From positions 34,776-98,775 of the forward strand of contig JANXHP010000009.1 of the NCBI GenBank assembly GCA_024958795.1: DNA of 64,000 bases. Direction: 5' to 3'. The first letter of the stretch is position 1, and the number at the start of each line of letters is the position of its first letter. This DNA comes from Candidatus Poseidoniaceae archaeon (lineage in GTDB: Archaea > Thermoplasmatota > Poseidoniia > Poseidoniales > Poseidoniaceae). Of the stretch, positions 57,000 to 64,000 are shown piece by piece. Below the pieces are notes generated by a model. That model saw only the letters and a list, made by a program, of their open reading frames with translations, did no database searches and was not told the origin of the DNA. A program made the position numbers and the translations under genes.

Positions 57000-58715
57000 A
57001 TGGCTAGTGACTTGGAAATTGCAAGAGCCGCGACTTTGGAGCCAATTGAAGCAATCGCTTGGAAATTGGGCATATCATCTCATGAATTAACTCCGGTTGG
57101 AAATGGGATGGCAAAGATAACCTGGGAGGCTATCTGTGAAAGGTTCAATCGCCCTCAAGGAAGTCTTGTATTAGTTACATCAGTTAATCCTACACCATTC
57201 GGTGAAGGGAAAACTGTTACCACAATAGGATTAACACAAGCACTTTGTGCAATTGGCTCCAAAGCTACTTGTGTAGTTCGTGAACCATCTATGGGTCCTG
57301 TGTTCGGAATCAAAGGTGGGGCTGCTGGTGGTGGATATTCTCAAGTATTACCAATGGAAGATATCAATCTCCATTTCACCGGTGATATGCATGCGATTAC
57401 TTCAACTCATAACTTGTTGAGTGCATTGATTGATAATCATTTGAAATTTGGTAATGATTGCAAGATTGATACTGAGCGAATTAGTTGGCCGAGAGTCATT
57501 GATATGAACGATAGGTCGCTACGTCAAATTGTAGTTGGATTAGGGACTGCGGCAAATGGAAATGTACGACAAGACCGATTTGATATTACTGCTGCAAGCG
57601 AAGTAATGGCGATATTAGTATTAGCAAGCGATTATGCTGATCTTCGTAGAAGACTTGGTGAGATTGTAATTGGCCCTTCGTTTGAAGGAAATCCCGTCAA
57701 GGCTGAAGATATCGGTGCTGCTGGTGCAATGGCATTGTTATTGAGAAATGCATTCTTACCGAATCTTGTACAAACTCTAGAAGGAAATCCAGCATTTATT
57801 CATGGTGGTCCTTTCGCAAATATTGCCCATGGTAATTCTAGCGTTATCGCAGATAGAATTGCACTTGGAGCAGCGGATATTGTTGTCACTGAAGCCGGTT
57901 TTGGCTCTGATATGGGTGCTGAGAAATTCATGCATATCAAAGCGGCTAATTCGGGAAAACCACCAGATTGCGTTGTGATGAATGTTACTGTTCGTTCTAT
58001 GAAATTGCATGGTGGTGCCTTTGGAGATAAGGGTGGATATCGTCCGACACCTGAAGAATTAGCTGCTGAGAATGTTGAAGCTGTATCAGCTGGTGCAACT
58101 GGTAACCTCGATAGACACATTAGAAATATGGCTGGCTTTGGAATGCCAGTTATTGTTTCAATCAATCGTTTTTCAACAGATACTGATGCGGAACTTGCTG
58201 CATTGGGTGATGCTGCTAGAGCAAGTGGAGCAACTGCTGTTACAATTTGTGAAGTACACGCAAAGGGTGGAGCAGGTGGTGAAGAACTTGCAAGGGCTGT
58301 CGTCACAGCAATTCAAGATCATGTTGCTGCAGGAAGACCATTCACACCTCTATTCATGCCTGATGCAACCATTAGAGAAAAGATTGATTCAATCGCTACA
58401 AGAATCTACAAGGCGGATAGAGTGCGAATTGAAACTGCTGCTGCAAGACAATTAGCACAGATTGAAAAATGGGGATATGGTAAACTTCCAGTTTGTATGG
58501 CAAAAACACAGTACTCGTTTTCACACGATCCAAACCTTCTAGGCTCTCCTACAGGATTTATTGTACCGATTAAGGAATTCCGTTTGAATGCTGGTGCAGA
58601 ATTTATCGTTGCGATTTGCGGAAATATGATGACGATGCCCGGATTACCAAAGCGCCCCGCTGCCCTCGACATGGACATGGATGAGAATGGCAACTTAACC
58701 GGCGTATTTGGGTGA
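57000..58715 (+). CDS. fhs: Formate-tetrahydrofolate ligase
   Basis: Motifs PTPFGEGKT, GIKGGAAGGGYSQV, HGGPFANIAHG, TEAGFGSDMG, CMAKTQYSFS, MMTMPGLP. Confidence 0.97.
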   Translation: MASDLEIARAATLEPIEAIAWKLGISSHELTPVGNGMAKITWEAICERFNRPQGSLVLVTSVNPTPFGEGKTVTTIGLTQALCAIGSKATCVVREPSMGPVFGIKGGAAGGGYSQVLPMEDINLHFTGDMHAITSTHNLLSALIDNHLKFGNDCKIDTERISWPRVIDMNDRSLRQIVVGLGTAANGNVRQDRFDITAASEVMAILVLASDYADLRRRLGEIVIGPSFEGNPVKAEDIGAAGAMALLLRNAFLPNLVQTLEGNPAFIHGGPFANIAHGNSSVIADRIALGAADIVVTEAGFGSDMGAEKFMHIKAANSGKPPDCVVMNVTVRSMKLHGGAFGDKGGYRPTPEELAAENVEAVSAGATGNLDRHIRNMAGFGMPVIVSINRFSTDTDAELAALGDAARASGATAVTICEVHAKGGAGGEELARAVVTAIQDHVAAGRPFTPLFMPDATIREKIDSIATRIYKADRVRIETAAARQLAQIEKWGYGKLPVCMAKTQYSFSHDPNLLGSPTGFIVPIKEFRLNAGAEFIVAICGNMMTMPGLPKRPAALDMDMDENGNLTGVFG

Positions 58716-58719
58716 AACA

Positions 58720-59784
58720 ATGAAGATTCTCAAGCGGCAACAAATGTTGTGGAGAATTCGAGTAGAATCTCAAGATGACCTATGGTCTATCTCAAGATTA
58801 GCGCGTAAAGGTATGTCAGTAGCAATGCTTGGTGAGAGAAGAGACCAAACTACTGCTGGAGAAACTGGAGGACGCGCAAAATCTGCTGAAAGGAAAAAAA
58901 TGTGGATTAAATTGAGAATTGAATCTACAGAGTATCAAACATTTTCAGATACATTGAGAATTCATGGTATTATTGAAGAGGCTCAATTTGATTTGGGTTT
59001 ACATCACACTCACATTATTGAAGTAAATGATGAGATTGAAATCACCTCTCTCACACCTTTTGATGCGACTGATATTGATTTACTAATCCAGAGTGAAAAG
59101 GCAAGTAAGGCAGTTCAAGTTGCACTACTTGTCGTTGAGAATGATGAAATGATTCTGTATTTTATTACTGGAAGAGGGTTGCGAGAAAGTGCAATGTGGA
59201 CAATGCGAGGTGGTGGAAAGCGTGGAGATTTGAAGACAACTACCAGTGTAGCTTCATCCTTTAGAAAGAGCGTTGTTTCCGCACTTTCTGCTCAATTAAA
59301 TGATGAGATTCCATTGATTCTTTGTGGCCCTGGACATGCAAAGGACGTATTGCTTCCTGAACTAAGAGATGATGGTCATAGTAGGTTCATCAAATTAGTT
59401 GCTACTTCGATGGGTGGTCGTTCAGCCGCTAATGAAGTGATAAGAGAGGGTTTAGCAGAAGATTTACTCGGACAACATGCAATTTCAATAGAAATAATGT
59501 TGTTAGAAGAAGCATGGACAAGGCTATCCACAACTGGTACCGTAGCCTATGGTAAAGAACAGTTGGATAAAGCAATGAGTGAAGGAGCGATAGAAACGTT
59601 ACTCATCACTGCAGATTTACTGAGAAATGAAGATGAAACTATTGCTGGAGTATCATGGTCAGCATGGTGCAAAGGTCTTTCTGATATTTCTGCAAAACTG
59701 GTTCAATGTTCCACCGATCATGATTCGGGCCAGCAATTACTGGGAATGGGTGGAGTTGTTGCTCTGCTTCGTTACAAAATGTGA
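58720..59784 (+). CDS. pelA: Pelota (aPelota/Dom34) ribosome-rescue factor
   Basis: Motifs ESQDDLW, LRIHG, GLHHT, CGPG.AK, AYG, GAIETLLI, LGMGGVVALLRY. GGTGA RBS. Confidence 0.9.
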   Translation: MKILKRQQMLWRIRVESQDDLWSISRLARKGMSVAMLGERRDQTTAGETGGRAKSAERKKMWIKLRIESTEYQTFSDTLRIHGIIEEAQFDLGLHHTHIIEVNDEIEITSLTPFDATDIDLLIQSEKASKAVQVALLVVENDEMILYFITGRGLRESAMWTMRGGGKRGDLKTTTSVASSFRKSVVSALSAQLNDEIPLILCGPGHAKDVLLPELRDDGHSRFIKLVATSMGGRSAANEVIREGLAEDLLGQHAISIEIMLLEEAWTRLSTTGTVAYGKEQLDKAMSEGAIETLLITADLLRNEDETIAGVSWSAWCKGLSDISAKLVQCSTDHDSGQQLLGMGGVVALLRYKM

Positions 59785-60119
59785 AAGCAGGGATTGATTT
59801 TATGGAAGATGATACCTCTTTCAAATATGCATGGTTTAGTCAGTTTGAGGATTTGCCTCGTAACCAACTTCGTGAATCATTGCGTGGATTCCGTTGGATT
59901 CTACTCACTGCTGAAGATTTACCAAATGCAACTGCTGTTTGGATGTTTGCTGAACTTGATGGTTTTTTTATTGGCCTAGACCATAGAGGGAGTGAATATT
60001 CATCTGGAGTTCACAATAGAGCAATCCACTTACTGCTAATCGATAAAGAACAGGAAATTAGAGGTATTTCAAAGGTTATTTGCGCTGCAACAGATTCAAT
60101 TGAAAATCACCTTTGGTGA
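59781..60119 (+). CDS. Hypothetical protein
   Basis: 112-aa ORF with GTGA overlap on the pelota stop; alternative ATG at 59802. Confidence 0.65.
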   Translation: MKAGIDFMEDDTSFKYAWFSQFEDLPRNQLRESLRGFRWILLTAEDLPNATAVWMFAELDGFFIGLDHRGSEYSSGVHNRAIHLLLIDKEQEIRGISKVICAATDSIENHLW

Positions 60120-60136
60120 ATACTAATTATCAATAG

Positions 60137-60210
60137 TGGGCTCGAGGGGATTCGAACCCCCGATCAACGCCGTGTAAAGGCGCTGTCATAACCAGCTAGA
60201 CCACGAACCC
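60137..60210 (-). tRNA. tRNA-Val(UAC)
   Basis: Reverse complement GGGTTCG...CGAGCCC-A, anticodon loop TTTACAC, T-loop TTCGAAT. Confidence 0.96.
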
Positions 60211-60293
60211 GTGCTCCGACCCTATGGCAAGGGGTTTTTCAACTAACCGCATAGCCACTAACCTCAATACCATTCAGCGCTAGCCCCGTATGT

Positions 60294-60974
60294 ATGGATG
60301 AGGATGTCCAGGCGACTGCCGCGAGGTTAGTTCGTCGTCTAAAGGAAGGAAATCACACTATTACTGTGGCTGAATCTTGCACAGGAGGATTGCTTGCAAG
60401 TGCATTTACTGATATTGCTGGTGCAAGTCAATGGTTTAGACAATCTTGGGTCACATATTCTAATGAGGCAAAGATGAAGGAACTTGGGGTGACTGAAGGA
60501 GCTTTGAAGAAAAGAGGGGCGGTTTCAGCAGAAGTTGCAATACAAATGGCCCAAGGCGCTCGTACCAAAGCAAATGCCAGTATTGCATTGTCAATCACTG
60601 GAATTGCTGGACCAAATAGTGATGGAAGTAAGAAAAAAATCGGTACTGTTTATGTTGGAATTGCATCCGAAAATTGGGCCAATTCAGATATTACAGAAAT
60701 CGGTGGTAATCGTGCAGAAAATAAGATCGGTTTTGTTCATTTCGCATTGTTAACCGCTATCAAGTATTGGGATAAGGCAATGGCTGATGCAGAAGTTGCA
60801 AGAAAAGAAGAAGAGTCAAGAGTCGCTGCTGAAAAGAGTGCCAAGGAATTATTCGAAGAAGAAAGAGCAAGGCGTGAAGCAGAAGCAAGAGAAAGTGCTC
60901 CTTGGCAAGAAGATGAAAATTCACCACATTCAAAGGAAAGTATTAGCAGTGAAGTCAATTGGGATAAGGAATAG
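60294..60974 (+). CDS. CinA/PncC family nicotinamide-nucleotide amidohydrolase with charged C-terminal coil
   Basis: Motifs AESCTGG, GAS, TYSNEAK, GAVS, ITGIAGP. Extra ~65 aa Glu/Arg/Lys-rich tail. Confidence 0.9.
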   Translation: MDEDVQATAARLVRRLKEGNHTITVAESCTGGLLASAFTDIAGASQWFRQSWVTYSNEAKMKELGVTEGALKKRGAVSAEVAIQMAQGARTKANASIALSITGIAGPNSDGSKKKIGTVYVGIASENWANSDITEIGGNRAENKIGFVHFALLTAIKYWDKAMADAEVARKEEESRVAAEKSAKELFEEERARREAEARESAPWQEDENSPHSKESISSEVNWDKE

Positions 60975-61049
60975 AATTGTACTTCTATCAATGAAATTGT
61001 AGTTTCTTTGTCGCACTGCTTATGTGCATCCGCTGACACCTACGTCATT

Positions 61050-62687
61050 ATGGGTGGCGATGCAGTAGATATCTGGCAGCATTTGGCCAGCCGTAAAATA
61101 ATGTTATTTCAATCAATGAAACAGGCTGTTCAAGAACTTGAAGACCCGTATGCAGTGTTTTCACATGCTCAAGAAATAGGTTTTGAATCGGGTCTGTTGA
61201 CTCAAGAAGTTTTGGACAAAATGGTCGCAGCCTACAATACTGCACAGAATAAGCAAGTTGTAAAACAAGAAGATGAGCCAAAATCTACTCAGACTAGTAA
61301 AATGGAAACTAGTATCAACACTTCTGCAGATGAATTAGGTAGAACAATCGCACCTATTAATCAACATGAGCCCTTTGATGTCCGTTTCCGTAATAATTTA
61401 CCAGATTGGAGTGTTGATGACTTTAGTGAAAATGCAAGTGATGCTCCTAATGAAATCAAAGTTCATTATGATATTACTGGTAACTCGGTCACTGAAGGAA
61501 AGATGTCCGATATCAATTCATGTTTTTCTGACCGATTAGAAAAAATTAGAAAAATGATTATTGCAAATTCTAATCTACCAAAACCACCTCAAGAAATAGC
61601 AAGGCTAAATTCAGAATATTCTCGTTACCAAGGATACGAAAACACAGTGGTTGCTATTGGTTTAGTTAATGAACCACGCTATACAAAAAATGGTCACCTA
61701 ATGTGGGGTATTGAAGATGAAACTGGTGAAATGACATGTCTCCTAACCAAACGTCAAGGCGATGACAGAGATAGGGCACAGGAAATGATACTCGAATCTG
61801 GTTTAATGCCTGATGATGTATTAGGCGTTTCTGGATCATTTAGCCAAACAGGAGATGTGTTTTATGTCTCAGATTTGTTCTTCCCACTAAAACAAAAACA
61901 CCAAAAATCCAGTTCAGAACATGGAGTTAGTGTTGCATTCCTCTCCGACATTCATGTTGGCTCAAAGACATTCTTAGAAGTTCAATGGCACAAGATGGTC
62001 AGATGGTTCAACACTGATCCGCTTGCTAAGACAATCAAATATCTCATCTTATCAGGTGACTGCGTTGATGGTGTAGGAATATATCCAGGACAAGATAAGG
62101 AATTGGCAATACCAGATTTATATGGGCAATATACAGAATTCGCTAGACTCCTTGAATTGTTACCAGAGTGGGTTGAATGCGTAATGCTCCCAGGAAATCA
62201 TGATGCAGTTCGTCCAGCAGAACCGCAACCAACTTTTGAGAAGGATATTCAACAAGATTATAATTCCACCACATTTGTTGGAAATCCTTGTGATTTTTCC
62301 TTGAATGGTGTTCGGGTGTTATCATATCACGGCAAATCAATTGATGATTTTGTTGCAGGTTTGCGAACTGTTACTTATTCCGATCCTGTTGAAGCTATGC
62401 GACAGATGTTGAGAAGAAGACACCTTGCACCACAGTGGGGGGGAAAGACTCCACTTTCCCCAGAACCAGAAGATGGACTAGTCATCAATGAAGTGCCTGA
62501 TATTTTTGTCACTGGTCACGTTCATGGACATGCGTGTGTTGATTTCAAGGGCACTACTTTGATTTGTTCAAGCACATGGCAAGACCAAACTTCCTACCAA
62601 AGAATGCTTGGTTTCCAACCAAAACCATGTATGCTAACAATTGTAAATTTGAAGAGTCATGTCACTACTGCAATTCCATTTGCATGA
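61050..62687 (+). CDS. polB: DNA polymerase D small subunit DP1 (3'-5' exonuclease)
   Basis: OB-fold (TKNGH...IEDETG) and calcineurin-like motifs SDIHVGS, GDCVDG.GIYPGQ, PGNHD, YHG, GHVH. Symbol follows the UniProt usage for DP1. Confidence 0.94.
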   Translation: MGGDAVDIWQHLASRKIMLFQSMKQAVQELEDPYAVFSHAQEIGFESGLLTQEVLDKMVAAYNTAQNKQVVKQEDEPKSTQTSKMETSINTSADELGRTIAPINQHEPFDVRFRNNLPDWSVDDFSENASDAPNEIKVHYDITGNSVTEGKMSDINSCFSDRLEKIRKMIIANSNLPKPPQEIARLNSEYSRYQGYENTVVAIGLVNEPRYTKNGHLMWGIEDETGEMTCLLTKRQGDDRDRAQEMILESGLMPDDVLGVSGSFSQTGDVFYVSDLFFPLKQKHQKSSSEHGVSVAFLSDIHVGSKTFLEVQWHKMVRWFNTDPLAKTIKYLILSGDCVDGVGIYPGQDKELAIPDLYGQYTEFARLLELLPEWVECVMLPGNHDAVRPAEPQPTFEKDIQQDYNSTTFVGNPCDFSLNGVRVLSYHGKSIDDFVAGLRTVTYSDPVEAMRQMLRRRHLAPQWGGKTPLSPEPEDGLVINEVPDIFVTGHVHGHACVDFKGTTLICSSTWQDQTSYQRMLGFQPKPCMLTIVNLKSHVTTAIPFA

Positions 62688-62698
62688 GTAAATTACAT

Positions 62699-63391
62699 CT
62701 ATTCAAGGCCTAAAAGAGGCCTAAGTAAACTCAAGTCCTTTTCAATCACGATTTCAACACCTGCCTTTTCAAATGCCAATAGTGAAGAATCTCTTGAGGG
62801 ATTAAAACCAATGAATTTGCTACCTTTAATATGCATACTCAGATCCATTTCAGAATCTCCTACTGAAACTACATCTGTTAAAGCAATGCCATTTATTTCA
62901 CATAACTTTTTGATTATTTCACCCTTACCACCTGCATGTAATCGGCAAATTCCTTCATCTTTCAGGGAATCATCATCTGCAAATTCAAACCCATTGGCAA
63001 TCCAGTCATCAACCTTTAGCATCGATGCAATAGTTGAAACAAAAATATCTACACCTGCAGAAACTATTGCTACAAACACTCCATGCTGCTTCAATTCAGA
63101 AATAAGTTGTCTAGCACCTGGCATCAACTTTACACCAGAATAAGCTCTAAACAGGTCATCCTTGAATATCGGGTTTTGTTTATTCTTCCACAATTGTATA
63201 TCTGAACGCATAAACTCAACATCACTTAATTCACCATTGATGAAATGTTGTAAATTTTTGACATTATCAGTTCCGAAATGATCGTGAAGAGTTCTCCATG
63301 AAGAGACTGCATCAACCAAGACTCCATCACAATCAAAAACAACACAGGCTGGTAATTTCGTCTTAACTGAATTGTTAGAACTCGTCACCAT
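62699..63391 (-). CDS. HAD-IB family phosphatase (phosphoserine phosphatase-like)
   Basis: Motifs FDCDGVL, VSAG, GKG, VGDSEMD. Confidence 0.88.
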   Translation of the reverse strand: MVTSSNNSVKTKLPACVVFDCDGVLVDAVSSWRTLHDHFGTDNVKNLQHFINGELSDVEFMRSDIQLWKNKQNPIFKDDLFRAYSGVKLMPGARQLISELKQHGVFVAIVSAGVDIFVSTIASMLKVDDWIANGFEFADDDSLKDEGICRLHAGGKGEIIKKLCEINGIALTDVVSVGDSEMDLSMHIKGSKFIGFNPSRDSSLLAFEKAGVEIVIEKDLSLLRPLLGLE

Positions 63392-63465
63392 ATGGCTCCC
63401 AATACCTCACAGGATGACTCTTGTTTGAAAGGCTTCGCAACGATTAGATAACAACTCAGGTTACT

Positions 63466-63605
63466 GAAAGAAAAAAGGGGAAGCGAAAAACTGGGGGGGT
63501 TCAAAGAACCCCACCCAGCGTTCGCATCGTCTCAACCGTCTCCGCAGAGTACGGTTTTCTCGAAAAGCAAGAGGGCGAAGGGCCGCAGCCCTTCAACCCT
63601 AATGC
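63466..63605 (-). terminator. Three tandem GC-rich hairpins followed by a U-tract (structured 3' UTR/terminator, possibly an ncRNA)
   Basis: On the minus strand: agggttgaagggc-TGCG-gcccttcgccct, then aaccgtactc-TGCG-gagacggtt, then ctgggtggggttc-ttt-gaacccccccag, followed by ccccttttttctttc. Confidence 0.6.
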
Positions 63606-63627
63606 GTCCTTTTGCACTTACCTAAGT

Positions 63628-64000
63628 TCAAGCCTTGAGGTCGTATGCCAATCCGCTCCAGGAGCGAAGTAGAGCACCTTGTGCATTTGCCGGAGCATAT
63701 GACATGGTGATCGTGACATCGGTCAAAGGTGTACCATCAGGTGCGTGGGTGCGTACATAGACTTCATCACCAGTGTTGAAGGTAGAAACGGATTTTGTTC
63801 CTTCCTTATTCACTTGGTCTACGAATGTGACGAAAGCGTCACTGTTTGCAGGGTTAAACCCGTAAACATCGTTAGTATCAGCCAGATTGGCAGTGAAGGT
63901 CTGAGGAGACCCACTTGCATCCACATAGAACACACGGACTTCAACAGCTTGGGTTGCCAAGTCTGTTTCAGATTGTGTCACTGAGATTCTCCAGTGACCT
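63628..64000 (-). CDS. C-terminal part of a secreted beta-rich protein, possibly an archaeal type IV pilin; 5' end is beyond the window
   Basis: Frame is open to the right edge (...GHWRISVTQSETDLATQAV...). FNTGDEV motif resembles pilin globular domains. C-ending codon bias suggests high expression. Pilin identity cannot be verified without the N-terminus. Confidence 0.5.
   Translation of the reverse strand, partial: GHWRISVTQSETDLATQAVEVRVFYVDASGSPQTFTANLADTNDVYGFNPANSDAFVTFVDQVNKEGTKSVSTFNTGDEVYVRTHAPDGTPLTDVTITMSYAPANAQGALLRSWSGLAYDLKA

Noticed and set aside
60120-60293. Integration site at tRNA-Val
   Set aside because: It is flanked by housekeeping-type genes (pelota operon, cinA) with no compositional shift or visible att duplicate.
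1-64000. CRISPR arrays, rRNA, IS elements, integrases, proviral or defence genes
   Set aside because: No regularly spaced direct repeats and no recognisable ORFs of these classes were seen by eye.

Overview
Compact archaeal chromosomal window with no CRISPR array, rRNA, transposase or integrase. The information genes are archaeal: TFB, L40e, LonB, archaeal AspRS, GatD, RFC small subunit, pelota, PolD DP1, FlaK/PibD peptidase and a BHB-intron tRNA-Met. They sit beside bacterial-type metabolic genes (metK, panB, fhs, full-length purA, NfeD-flotillin) and very large membrane-anchored secreted proteins. This mix is best explained by a Marine Group II (Poseidoniales, Thermoplasmatota) genome, which is an inference. 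The window holds about 46 CDS and 3 tRNAs (Ala-UGC, Met-CAU with a 58-nt intron, Val-UAC). Main points: (1) a ~10 kb aminoaromatic catabolic cluster (22.6-32.8 kb) with a 2-aminophenol 1,6-dioxygenase-type enzyme whose non-catalytic alpha subunit is fused to a RidA/2-aminomuconate deaminase, plus an ALDH, SDR, LLM oxidoreductase and a variant class-3 asparaginase; (2) five single-pass surface proteins, including a 3,040-aa protein with 7 DNRLRE-like repeats, each with an acidic cytoplasmic tail ending in a distinct micro-domain; (3) several apparent pseudo-enzymes; (4) a recurring non-canonical TATA-like box about 30 nt upstream of start codons; (5) a triple-hairpin RNA element near the right edge. 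All family assignments come from motif recognition by eye, not database searches.
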